A DNA stretch of 64,000 nt from Lingula anatina (taxonomy: Eukaryota; Animalia; Brachiopoda). Location of the stretch: assembly GCA_051362555.1 (NCBI GenBank), contig CM120648.1:287721-351720 (forward strand). The letters are read 5' to 3'. Made by a program: the position numbers and the translations under genes. Below are positions 36,702-50,491 of this stretch, in pieces. The notes under the pieces were generated by a model. That model was not told the DNA's origin. It did not search any database and saw only the letters and a program-made list of their open reading frames with translations. Position 1 is the stretch's first letter. Each line of letters opens with the position of its first letter.

Positions 36702-39700
36702 TGGAAAAGGGTTGTCAGTGTGTAATTTACTTTTTGTTTTGTACAAATATTCATGTATTTTAATCTTATTTGGGAATTGCTCTTGTTTTAAGCGCCATCA
36801 ATATGATACCGAAGCTTTTGTGTGAAAACACATATTTTTATCAAATGAAATGGCAGCATTAAGCAAAAACCGCCGAGTTAAATAGATCATCTTTGAAATT
36901 ATAAACTGTAAATTTTGCGTTTTTTAATCATACTTATATATCATCGACATTGTTGACCAAATTTCTCCTTAGTCGTGGGAGATATATTTGAAAGATAGGA
37001 TCGTAAATGTAAGGCTTACGTTTTTCTTCCATAGCCTGCCAAGCTACAAAGCAATAATTGCTTTGATGCTTCACCCTTTTAATATAGTTTGCCCAAGTAA
37101 ACAGAAGCTTAATGTTCTGTTGTGAGGTTTCATTTCATTTCTTATTCCTGGAACGAGCCAAACAATGTTTTAAAGCCATCGATTCAATTGGCACTTAGTG
37201 GAAAGGTTCCCCCTAAAGCGTACAAATGTTAAAAACCCTAGGGGGTTCGTAAAACCGATTTTAATTGGTTCTGATGGTAATGACGCCATTCAATGAAATG
37301 TCGCGTTCCATTGGATGGCTTCTACAGTGACACTGCCTGACTAGGTATATCGTATCTCACAAAGGAACGGCACATGGCATTGGATAATTTCTTCATGGCA
37401 GTTTGAGATTAGAGATAGGAGGTCGTAATTTAACATCACGTGAGAACAGGGAAGTACATATGCGACTGCGGGTACCACGCTCACCAATATCACTTCACAA
37501 TCGTCAAGCTGGGAATAGCTTCCCTTGAATACAGTTTCTTCCAGGAGGCCTGTCAGATTAAAGGACACGGTGACTTAATCTAGGGACATTTAATTGGATT
37601 TTTTTCTTTTCTCGACAAAGAGGAGAAAAGAGGAGAAACGTGTTTGTTGAGACTAAACATGTACTTAATTAAGGTAAGCACGTTTTTTCTCTTTTTCCGT
37701 GTGATTGCAGTGTTTGAAACATTAAGGAAATTCAATCACGTCTGAATATTGCCTGAAGTCTTACGTGAGAGCTTTCTTGTGCTATGTCATTTCTGTTCCA
37801 TAAGGCTACATCAGAAGTAATAGACGATGCGTGTGTGTGTGTGTGTGGGAGGGGGGGGGGGGGGTAGGCTGATTTCTTTTATGTGTACAGGGTGCGTCTA
37901 TTACCAAACTGCACGGCAAACACAAGGTACTACCAAATAAATAAATAAATAAAATAAAGAAAGAAAGAGAGAAAGAAAGGAAAGAAAAGAAAACGAGTTT
38001 GCAAAGAACTGTCTCACCATGAGCAAGGGTATGAAGAAGTGCAGTCATGTGTGAGATAAAACACCTACGATGCGTTGCCAATGCATAGTGATGATAGGCG
38101 CGTATGCAGATGGATCTCCAACTACACATAACCACGTTAAAGCAATATATACTGAGCGCGCGTTTTATCACTGAGGTATTTGCATTTTAATTTGTTTCAT
38201 ATACAATATATTGTCTAGGTGTCATCACAGAGGAAAAAAGTCTGCACTTTCTAGAAAGATAGACTGTCTCAGTTAAAACACAATCCAATGCGGCAACTGA
38301 CCCGTTGCGTGTGTGGCGTAAAGACGTAATTATTACAACTGGCGTAGCTTCAACGTAGAGCGCGTTTGCGTGTGATATTTGACGCATCTTGTGCGTTCCT
38401 GTATGACGTGGTGCAAGGGATCAGAGCTTGCTAATAATGTCTGTGACGCGTACTATTAAAATCGGTCAGGACGTAATTATTCCTGATTATGTTCTTCCTA
38501 CGCAGAATGCGTTTCGATGATAATCAGTATTACCCCCAAAATCTAATTATTTTTTCCTTGGCCCATTTGTGATAAATTCTGAAAATTTGATCAAAATTCG
38601 CCCGTGACTTTGAATAATGCTGTTAACAAAGAAACAAACAAACTAACCAACGGAACCAAAAAACGCAACCTCTATGGTGGATGTTATACCATAAAATATC
38701 AATACGGGTTATTTAAAGACCGGGTAATCCTAATCCCTGAGACTTTTTCACAGATTCAGTTGGTCGCGTCGCTGTTTTCAGTCTGCATATATAAGCAACG
38801 CAGATTCACAAACGTGGACTATCAGCATAAACCCTAGGTTCTAGATTTCGGTGTTGCCAGCTCGATCTTGATTTCATATGTAACCCGCACTGTAAAACCA
38901 CCACATGATAAGGTTTAGTGAGCAAGTTAGCTTTACAGTGCCCTGACACTCAGGGTAACAGGTATATTGATCTTCTGAAACAATTACTTGACTCCCAGTT
39001 GCCGATCTCTGCCTTCACTGAGGGAACACAACAAGGAAGTGATAAACCACACAATGTTTTAATAAACGATCCAATATGTGGTTAATCAAACGCTAATCTT
39101 TACGTAATGTCAGTTTTGACTTGACTTCAATACGGTATATATCGTGTAATGTCGTATAAGGTAACACACAGGGTCCACGGTGCTTTGATGTTTGATATTT
39201 TGTTCGTACTGTGAATGATCTATGCTATCTTTTTACAAAGAGCTAGGATCTTGTTATTATTATTATCGTGTGTTTGTTAATATGTACATGTACACTGCAC
39301 CCACATATTTACATGTACACTGTGTGTTTGTGAACGTACCAGAAATAAACTGCCCGAAAACGTGCGTACAGCGTAGCCACGATAATTTACTGATAAGAAA
39401 AGAAGAAGGGAAGGGGGTCGTCTTTTCTATTCCTGCTCTCAAATTGTGTGTGCAATCCTTTCTATGTCGCCATATTCCATGCAATCTGCCTTGTCCCATG
39501 CATTTCAACATATCGCATACTACTTGTTTCCTCCAAACATGAAATCCTATCCCATATACTACCTGCCTCGTTTCGGTCCTATTACTATATCCCATAATAC
39601 CCGTACTACCTATCCAATCGCACCTGCCTCGTCCCATCTAAATGGATATCATCCAGTACCTTCAGTCTCATTCTATTCCATTTTACCATGCACATTGCAA

Positions 39701-40709
39701 AATACCTGCCCCGTCCCATTACACATGCTATCCCACACGACCTGCACTGTTCCACTCCGCTTCAACTTACTTCAGTTGTTCCACTTTAACTTATGTCGTG
39801 CTTCACTTGTTCCATATCCCGTGGCACGTCCCATTGTCCCGTGCAATGCTGCCTCTGTGACGCCTTGTTCAAAAGGACAATGTTGATGTACGGCTTGTCT
39901 GTAAGATAATTTGATTATACCTTAGATTAAATCTATGATGGAAGAAAGCTGTCAGAGACAAGAGATAAGGGTAATTCTACCGTGGTGTTGGTTTACTTAG
40001 CCTCATCTATTAGTTTCAAATTCAGACTGATTCTTGCAGGGTCATTTTATTAATGACTTCCTGGCATTTTTTTTGACACAAGCCCCCTGGCGATTCACAC
40101 ATTTGTCACTATTAGAAGTTCTGCTGTGTTTGTCAAATTAGGAGTGAAATATTTTGCAATTTAGATAATGGTGAATGATACATGGGACTGCGTTATTTTC
40201 AAAGTGATGTGAACAGAAAGGTAGGTTTTAAACTGTTCCTTCTAATATGATGAAGCTTTAATCCTTAATTATATTGTATAATTACAATGATGGATGCTCA
40301 TGTATGTAATGCGATATTTGTCTTTTATCTAATTGAAATGTAAACCCTGTTCACCGTTGTGATTTCATATAAATATACAGTAGACTGTTGGTAGACTTAT
40401 GAAGATAACGACAAAACATGGACGACCCTTACATGTAGCATCATAGGTAGTGCTATTGCGTAAGACAGTCGTCTAACCGGAAAACGGCCCAATTAATTTT
40501 AGTTTCTAATTCAAACTAGGGTATAGATGTCAGTTAAAGCTTAACTAAACAACAAGAGCTAGTGAAAGAATTAAGTCCCCAGTAGTGTAATCAAAGGGTA
40601 AAAACCTCTCAAACATACCGCTTCAGCTGTTTCGTTATGATATACCGCTGGGTGTGACAAGGGCTCATGTATTTAGTGTAGCAGGTTAAACGTCATTCCT
40701 TTGAACCCA

Positions 40710-41357
40710 CGTTTGTCGGGATAAAAATTAACGGATGGCTTTCCAGTGTTGACTTTCTGCTCCTCATTTCCATGTTTGCTTAATTTGCAAGAACCGACTT
40801 ATTAACCGGGCGCATACTTCACTTTGGTCATAGTTATCTATCACTTTTATCCCGGCCAAGTAAAGGATTGCTGACCGTTATTATGGGTTGAACACATACA
40901 TATTTCCATATTTATTTGATTTATGTGTTGACCGAGATGTCAAATGTGACGGCAACAGGAAGAAAGTCCAAATTTAATTTGTCTCATCTTTCGTTTGTGC
41001 CCGGACAAAGATAATAACATCTATTGGCCTGTGTATGTAGCAGATATATACATATTTATACAGCATACATTTGACTATTCATTATAAATGATGTAATTAT
41101 ATCATCAGAAGTGATTACAACGGATGCATGTTTCAATATATAGTTGTCTTAATTCTATGGAAAGTCCCAGACGTATTCAAAATGTCGGATACGTATGTAT
41201 TATATTTTTAATAAAGTGGAGTTTGCGTTGGGTTAGTAAGTCGGTTCTCACAAATTACGCAAACATGGAAATGAAAAGCATAAAGTCAACACTGTAAAGC
41301 CGTCCTTTAATGATCATAGATCATAATGAAGTCTACAAACTTAATCCTCGACAAGTT
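40710..41357. mobile_element. Foldback/MITE with ~80-100 bp imperfect inverted arms
   Basis: 40728-40808 (ggctttccagtgttgacttt...catttccatgtttgcttaatttg..agaaccgacttattaacc) is the reverse complement of 41231-41310. Confidence 0.7.
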
Positions 41358-44300
41358 TCCCCACGAAGGTTTAAGGGTGGGGTGGGGTCTCGTTCCAAGC
41401 GTTGACACAAGGTGTAATGATAGAAGACAGAATGTGACAGTGTGTTGTAATTAAGAGCCACGTTTAAACTGTGGATTTCTGTTGACACACGTCATTACTT
41501 TATAGCTGGTTGAGCAAAATGTATGGTATACCAGATTGTACACACATGGAGTAGACATGTGATGTAAAAAGAGACATTGTGGATTGGTTGTTCATTCTAT
41601 GTTTAAATATAAGATTACCTACCCTTTTGCAGCCGGAATTCATAATGCATGGTGTTAATATTGTGGAAAATATTGTTTCCTTAGATTTTCTTTTTCTGTG
41701 TGTTTCTGCTTACAAATAAGAATAAATAAAATATCTCTTTATCTATCTCAGATTGAATGTCCGTTATAATGGTCAGCACCTTTGACGTTAATCAAGATAA
41801 TGGCATATCTATCTATTCTATTTATCTATCTGCAGTTATGTTACTGCATTAAACATTATAACCCACAGGGTATAAACATTGGGCTCCTAACATGTACGTA
41901 TATAACAAATAATCACAGCACAAATGAAGTGCCCTTTAACAAACCAAAGTTGCAAAAGCAGCAATTAAAGGTGACTTGTCAAAATGACAACCAACGCATC
42001 ATGATGGCGGTAAGCAATCTAGAACTCGGAAAATACGTCAATCAGAATCATATTTAGCGATATATATGGAAACTGCAGGCACAGTGTCTCGCTGCTTGAC
42101 GTTGGGCAAATCTGGTTAGCATTCCGCTGCCAGAATTCGTCGAGGTTGCTGCCCTTGTCAGCTTGGCAATGAGATTAGCGTGATCTGTTGATGTGACGAG
42201 CGTTAGTGTGGAATTGGCGTTGCGCTGAGAAGCAGTTAAAGTTGGTCTCGTCACAGATTGGACTTGCTGAGGAATAAAATATTAGTCTTTCATGTGAATG
42301 AGAGCAGAAAATGAAAAACATTATCTAGAACTTTGTCTTTCAGAAGCTGTTGGCTTAAAAGTTTTTGTGCAATGAATAACTATAGTGTTTGGCATATCCT
42401 ACTGGAAAATAGTCAGCCGGTCTTTTTCCTGCCTGGATGAAAAAATCTCTCTAAACCAATTAGGAAATAAAATGACCAATTTCCTTTTTTGACCTCTCCT
42501 CTACGTGAGAGAGCTGATCTTCTGCTAAAAGCCACAGAAACTCAGATCGTCAGAATCCGCTTCTGGAAATTGAATCTCTCTGAAACTAGGTCACGTGGGT
42601 CTTTGATCTGCGACGGCAGGCAATTGTAATCTGGTAGCTGGCTTTTAGAGAAAAAAACGCCAGCGCTGCAGTCGACCAGTTCCTGGTTACTTGTGGCTTA
42701 ATGCTGGAGGAAGATAACCTTGCTAGGTTAAGGTAAGTGTAAAGTAAAAAAACCTTTATGTCTCTTTGATCGAAAAAAATTCAATACGCCTTGTATTGGA
42801 AACGTGCGAATGTTTAACGCTGTGACCAGCACTAGTGTTATACATGTACAAGTACCAAACATATGTCTATAAACCCAACATAATACAAATCCATACAGAT
42901 ATTACAGATTTATCCCATGGATTTGCGTTTTATTATCCAAGCTAAATTGTGTCCGAACCTGCATTTGGTTATTGCTTAAAATTTAAGATGCATGGCCAAG
43001 TGTTCCAGCTTATACTGTCAAGAGATAAATGACCGTCTGTGGAATTCCATAGCATTATAGAAAACGCTCCGTTATCTGATAAGCCAGAGAGATAGATGGT
43101 ATGGCCGGGTACCATCAGTCACTAGTGTTCCAGCTGGGGAATATGGCAAATGAAAAGTGTCAAATGTGTATGATAAATCTGAAGAGAGAAATCTCATTGC
43201 GTTTTAAGTGCTTGTTTTTTGTGCTCTTTTTATAAACCTTATCGGTAACTTATTTAATACACAGCCGTAGGAAGCAAAGATTACATCGACGTGGGGACGG
43301 ATAACCTCCAGGAAAAAAAGCAGTGCTAGGGGTGTCCCCGTAGGGTTTCCCCACTTCATGCACTTATACAAATAAAGGGCGTAGTTGAAAAAGATAAAAA
43401 GGGCTTGAGGGTCGGGTTAAGCAACCCCCCCGCTTCGTACGATACATGTTATGATATACATATACAAAGTGCGTTCAATTTGACGAATATATGGCTGCGC
43501 TATGGTCAGGATCGGTCATAACCAATTGATCTGAATGACATCGAGATAACAACAAGATAACACTAGATGACAATTTGCAACTGGGCTGAATACATTTATT
43601 ACTCATTGGTATATAGTTATACACATACAGCTGTTACGGTGTTTAATAAGTTAAAGCTAAAGGAGTCTTTGCTTATTATAAAGAAATCTCCAGGGGTCCG
43701 CAGACAAACTGATATATTGTGATCATCGATTTTCTTCTCGAATTATAACCTAGCTTGAGCAAGACGATGATTCGTTCTTATGTCTCATAGGTGTTTACGA
43801 CCACGCGTCTTATGAGACTGGAAAACTATACACGAGAGCCTTTTTTCATAACTCAAAGTACATTAGTTGAGAAGCCATTCACTTTGTATTGATACTCACT
43901 TCCACAATGCTAAGTAACTGCATTATGGCAATACGATTCCCTGTTTCTTTGCAGATTGCACAAAGTCAATTTGTGTCACCGGTTTCAGAACCGTACAAAC
44001 ATGCCCGCACTCAAACACCATGTGACAATTGAAACTGGAAATTGTCAAGAAGACTGTATTCGCCACACGTTAAGTCAAACCACACTCCATTGAATGCCAA
44101 ATGATTTCTGGGTGACAGTGTTTGTTAAGAGATGCATACTTTATATACATAGAGGCTCAGTGGACGGCGGGGCAATACATAGGGCATGTGTATTCCAGCG
44201 CCGTCCATATGTATGTGGCTAATTTTAACATAACCATATAGGTACAGCAGAGAACCCTCATGGTCCTCAGCCAATGACTTCAACTTTCACAATTATATCA

Positions 44301-45878
44301 TAGTTATTATCGTAGCGAACTTGATTTTCTTCTCGGAAAATGTCAAAAGTTCCCCATTGGTTACTTCCAAAAACCATATGAAAACCCGTTGACAAGAACA
44401 CGATTTACAGTGTACATCGGGTTTGAGTTCTAAGTTTAATATTTACGGGTTGCCTCGTCTCTGAATTGTGCTGGTTTTGTACATCATAAATGCACGTGTT
44501 TATGTCGTTTCTAGTAAATGTACATGACATAATAAATGTACTGTTACGTGTTCTCTTCTTTAATTAATCAAATTGCGCAATCAATTGATTAAAATATTAA
44601 TAAGGTAAAAGAGTACTATGTCGTTAGGTGATAATTATGCCGTGCAAGACCAGTGTTGCATGCATGTTCATAAGTTGAAATTTTGCTGGTTTACATATTC
44701 TACCTTTTTGGCATATAACGACAGATAACTTTCGAAATAACCACGAGAATTTCCACATAAATGACAAGCTGCAGCCAACGATCCACAGAAACTGGCGTTG
44801 GTGGCTTCGTACTGACTAATGATCTTGCAAATCATATTGAATGTATCCCGGTTACTCATAATGTCTTGAGTTTGAAGGAATATGATGGCTTTTTGAGTGG
44901 TTTGGCATTTTGAAAATATGAAACTTGGAGAACCTATCCTACCTTTACTGATATCAGAACACCAGCTTCTAAAAATTAAATTAATAAACCCCTTCTTAAT
45001 CTTATGCAACGCTAATGATTAAAATAACAACAAAACTTTATTTGCCATCAATCGAGTCTGGTTCTTTTCCAACCAATGGCGTCAAATGATCTTTTTAAGC
45101 ATTTAATATATATGCTATATTGTTCGTTAAAAATGAAATAGGACGTCGTTGCAATTACGCGACAATTCCTTTATTTATTTTTTGAAAACCTCAAAGGGTC
45201 GCTTATATGATGTCAGAACATTAACTGCAATGACAACTGACAGAGAACAGCTCTCCATGCAGCACATATTCCAATGCTTCATGTCAAGGTCAGAATGGCT
45301 TTATTTATTGCAACAATTATAACCAATAAGGTAGCAATAATAATTACTATGTAATCAAACAATGCACTATTTTCTAACATAATAAGCATTTAATCAAATT
45401 TTTTTTTGGTAAATACCGTGTACGGTGTCAATCTTGTTGTGATAGCATTTTTGTAAAAACATATAGATGATACTTTATGTATGCCAATAAAGAAATCACG
45501 ACACATGGGTAGCTTACGACAGGAATTTTTATCCCTAATGTTGCAAACCAAGATGTAAAACAGCTTATGAGGAACTCTGATTCTTTACAACGCTGATGAC
45601 TCATTCGGTTCCATCTGCATCGGCGATGTGGGTGATCAATTGGTCGCTTAACTTAGTTACAGAGTACAGTCCCCATCAATAGTTGGCAAAACAAAAGGGA
45701 TACACTTCACAAATCTTTAGTGACCTTAATTCCGTTAATTGTCCTAAAAAACTTAGAAGGTCAAAGGCAACTATGTTTGATTATAAGTAAATAAAGAATA
45801 TAGTTTTGGCGACTATCAACTTCATGGTGCGTTTATTTAGAAAGACTAGACAGATAATGCACATTTAACTGTAACTCA

Positions 45879-46113
45879 GGGACCATTCCCAGACCATATC
45901 GTACTAACTGTGGATCGATCTATCTAAGAAGGGATTCTCGCTAAATTGCAATCAACTTAAGCGGCTCAGATGTCTGTCACGCCTTCTGAAGCTGCTAGGG
46001 GGTAATTAACTATCTTTAAAGTAGGCGTGCCACACATCTCAGCTGAAAGCCGCTTTAACTGAAGCCGTTGCAGATGGATCGATCCTGTTAGATCGATCTA
46101 GGTATGGGGACCC
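45879..46113. mobile_element. MITE related to family A (divergent subfamily)
   Basis: gggaccattcccag...ggatcgatc...ggattctcgctaaattgcaatca head, and inverted tail gatcgatc...tatggggaccc. Confidence 0.5.
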
Positions 46114-49100
46114 AATTTGAAAGAAACAAAAATGTGCTTAAAATGCTTGCCAGCCTAGGGGTATATTTGGGGAATTGTATTGCAAATTGCAACTACGGAA
46201 ACAGCTACATGTCTGCTGTTCCAACCGTTTGTGCGTCGTAGGAGGTTCATTTTTGTCGTTCAAACCCAGCGAGCCATTTATTCCACAAAATGATGTAGCA
46301 CGATACGGATTATTAGATTAGTATTTCCAAGAATTCCTTTAGTCTTTTCTCCCTAATAGATAGATAGTTGACGTTTAATCAAATAAGTCACACACGCCTG
46401 GCTGAGAGAAGCGACGTTGGCTTAATGGACGACATTTTGACAGCAACATCTCTGTTCATGTTTTATTGTTCAATTTGGTTCGACACGTTCTTAATTTCAA
46501 TTTCGTCGAAACAGATAACCAGTAGGCTGTAAGGCTCACTTCAGTGGTTGCTTTATAACGCTGGAATATAATTAAAACGTTATAATAATGTTGTTGCTAC
46601 AAAAGATAAACGGTTTATGCTTTCACTTATTCTCCGAAAAGTACTCCATCGTATAGTGGGGTGGTAATGTACTGATTTATTGAACTATATATGCTGCCAC
46701 ATTTTGTAAACAATTCCAGGTAAACAAGCAAAATAAGTCAGTCCATGTGTGGGTTAAATTGTGTCTTTGGGTTTTCAGATTTATTGTTTAATTTATTGGA
46801 TGCAAACTTTTCTGTAACCAAATGTTCATTTTGGAGCAATGTTGTCATCGTTTAAATAATGTGACCCTAGAATCATCAGGATTGTGGATATACCTGTAAA
46901 AACAAAGAAAATAATGCCTGAAACATAAAAAGGGGAACAAAGACAATATTACTAAAATGCATTTAATTAGGGCTAAAGGGGAATGCTGGTTAAATTATTT
47001 TCAGCTTGATTATGTTGTATTTATCTTTGGTGGGAGAAGAGGGATGCCGTATAACGCGAGGGGGGGGGGGGGTTGGTCTTGCCCGGTGTGATAGTCTTCT
47101 AAAGACGTGCTGGTCGACAGAAGTGCAAGGACTCGTGTGTCTAATCCTTGTTTCCACTTATTCACCGGCCATTGACTTAAATATTTATAAGAGGAACGAC
47201 AACATTTAACTACTGAAGATGGTGTAAGTGAGTGCGTTAATTTAAACATTTGAGAGAGTGTGCGTTCTCTTGGCCACTGAAGCGTGCAGTATCGACACGC
47301 GCATTGTCCACCGGATAACCTCGCTCACATCCAACAGGGTAGAGAAGTAACTCGGTAACTCGTTTAGGAAGACGGCTAGCTTAGTGCCTAACCAGACAGC
47401 AATGGTTGTCCGCTAGGAGCCGTAGTCCGTCTCGCATTACTTTGTACAGGTGCCATTCGTCCCATACCTAACCCCAATAATCAACTAACCCTAACCTGTA
47501 CCAATCATATGGGACTCAGGACGTCGGATTACCACTCTTGTCACACTTGGGAAGCACTAGTGTTACAAGCAGTGCCTCATATTAGGGTCGTTTTCTTGTA
47601 CTGTATAAATTTTCCCATACACACATAATTTAGATTTTAATCGTTTGATGTGACGTAAGACTCCCATCAATCCTTTTATCTCAGTCTGGCGAATACACGG
47701 CACATTATACATCATGCCTATAGGCCCAAAGCGATGATTTATTTGTTTGTCTTCCTGCTGTGAACTAGCAATCACTTTTGTAATTTCCTTTGCAATTATA
47801 GTATTCGAAATTGCAGCCCTCTGGATCTTGACTTGTCGAACTCTCCCCCATTTCACCCGGCCTCAGGCGCATTGGTCGCCCATGGTGGCTTGGAAGCCGT
47901 TCTTAGCCAATGCACTGAAAGTTCACCGAGTCTGCTCGGCAGTGGGAATCGTTTATTGTAATAGCTATTTTTTCCCCGGAATAGACAATTGCTATTGTAA
48001 TCTCCTTTCTAATTGAACTATTTGGAATGGCAGTCCTCGGGCTCTTAACCTGTCTAGTCTGATTAAATTACCGCATTGTTTGTGTTTCGTCACATGTTAT
48101 ATACTCATATAGAACCACCGCTGTTATCTTAATGGGGAGATGTACATGTAAAATAAATGTTTCGCTGTTAAGACATATAATCTTGTATTCAAAGCTTACT
48201 TAGTTTGGAAACTGTGATACACGGATTTATTCTACGATTTACTGACTGATACTAGTTGGTGATATTTGGTTGGTGTCTGTGGTAAAAAAACTTCAAATGC
48301 ATCTCTAAGTGTGGTCAAAGGAACACTGTATTGGATCCATGTTCCGTCCCTATTGTTTTTTGGGATATTAACTTGAAAGACAACACGTATTTTAACTTAT
48401 TTTAAACACTGTTCATTTTTTTCAGGAAATGATTCATTTTGATATCATCAACATGGTAGTTGTGTGTTTTGATAATTAGTGTATGTGTATAAAGACATCC
48501 TTGGTTTGAGATATTACTCTTCATTATCCAATAAATTTCAGTACTGGTAGAGCTTTGCTGACGACAAATGATTGTTCTGATAGTCAGTGTGTAATCGGGA
48601 TGTAAATTGGCAGCTAGGGTACATACAGCAAAATGTTTAGACCATGTATTCGTACATGTTTTTACAAGATACAAGCGTGACGAACATCCTGCGTGAGATG
48701 CTTTATGGTATATCCATTCTTGTATTCACGCAAGTAAATCAAACTGACAGATCTGGTAATTTGCAGCAATAATCTTTCAATGAAGAACAGTTATTGCAGA
48801 TATCGTATTATGGATGCGTTTAATGCGATTTGGCGTGAGTGGTTTTATAGAAGGAATCAACAGTGCGTTTCTACATCCTATCAGTTTGGCGCCAGTGTGT
48901 GAGCAAAGGATTTAAATTAACAGTATTTTCTTATATTTATAAATAGATAACTATTATTCAGTTTGAATGCAGGCGTGAAATTCACTTTAAAATGCGCTTG
49001 TGACAGTAATTGGCGGTATTCTATGATATTGGCGATCTGTCTCTTGGCTAACGATTTTGATGTCACTTGTCTGAGCGATTTTTATGTGCTAATATTCGAT

Positions 49101-49220
49101 TTGAGAGCCATAATTGCTAGCATAAAGGAATGGTCCAATTAATATGGTGTTACAAAAACCAGAGAGTAATTTCTGCAGATTTTCTTGCTTTTCTGCAGGT
49201 ACTACGCATGGCACTTGAAT

Positions 49221-49223
<3 letters not shown>

Positions 49224-49252
<29 letters not shown>
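49224..49252. repeat. (GATA)n microsatellite
   Basis: Direct reading. Confidence 0.9.
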
Positions 49253-49253
<1 letters not shown>

Positions 49254-50351
49254 GATGGACTAAATGGATGGACGCTGCCTATCCGTATTCTACTGTACAT
49301 TTTTACAAATCAGATATGCATATGTGTATGTCTTCTTATGGGGTTATTGCTTTTCTTTCAACTATGCATTTATGTGTTGTGCAATTTTCTCGGACGCCAC
49401 ACTTCCAAAGGTATTCAAATTCAAAGTACACGTGGCTGCACTTAATAGACTTCCGTTTTATCTCTATAGAGTGTTTAGCACTCTGTGTGGTGTCGCATCT
49501 TTCCGTTCAGTTACACTTGGAACTGACATCATTGTCTCTTGATAATATTGAACCAGCAATCGGTACATTGCTCACGTCTCACTGATATCCGGCATGAACA
49601 CAATCTAATTGGCTTGGAAAACCTATTTTATGCCTTGCCTCTGGCCATTCCATGGTGTTTATTCTTTCCGGGCTATCTTTCCCTCTTTTTCTCAAACCTA
49701 TTGATCTCATTGTAAACTTATACAAAATGATGAATATGCAAACTATCAAAAAGACGGATAAGTGAATGAATGAATAAATAGAAGCGGGAGTGGCAAACGC
49801 AACTCGTCGTAGCCCAATTTAAGATAATTATTTTAGAAACAAATGCAAAAAATAGGGAAAACGTGTAATGGCTACCAAAGACACCACGCAATATCTTCAC
49901 TACTAGCTGGTATTATATTATTGCATCCTTTGATGACGGTGGTCTGACAGCGGGGGAAGAAAATGCCGTTCAATGTATTCTTTGCATCAATTATGGTTTT
50001 ATCATCATCATTCAGAGCCTAAAATTTTCCAATGTTCAGCATGCTTCTTCCAGTACATTCTGTCTTGGCCTTGGAATTCAGATTCGGTTTTTCCACTACT
50101 CGTCTAATCTAACACATCCCTCCATCTTTTAAGAGGCTTTTCTTGTTTCTAGTGTCCATATCTTGGTGTCCATTCTGTCAGCATTATAGTCCATCTCTCA
50201 TCCTTGATTCTGCTGACATGCCTTGCACATTTCCATTTCTTCTAAACTGCTCACAGCAGCATACACTGCTGTTTAGAAGATATTGTATCACTTTGACGAA
50301 AACCCTATTTAAACAGAAAGACCGCCCTCCATATATTTATAATGGTTAGGG

Positions 50352-50491
50352 TTAGCCCCACCTAAGTGGACCAAAATCTAGGGCGAGGCTTACCTGTACA
50401 AATAAATGAGAAGCGGACTCTATGTGGGACTCTATTTGTACAGGTAAGCCTCTCCCTATATCTTTACACACTTACTGGTATGTCAGGCTAA
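50352..50491. mobile_element. Small hairpin MITE
   Basis: Arms tagggcgaggcttacctgtacaaata (50379-50404) / tatttgtacaggtaagcctctcccta (50433-50458), with outer ttagcc / ggctaa. Confidence 0.65.

Noticed and set aside
42054-42266. Minus-strand terminal coding exon
   Set aside because: It has a good acceptor but no recognisable protein in any frame and no linkable upstream exon.
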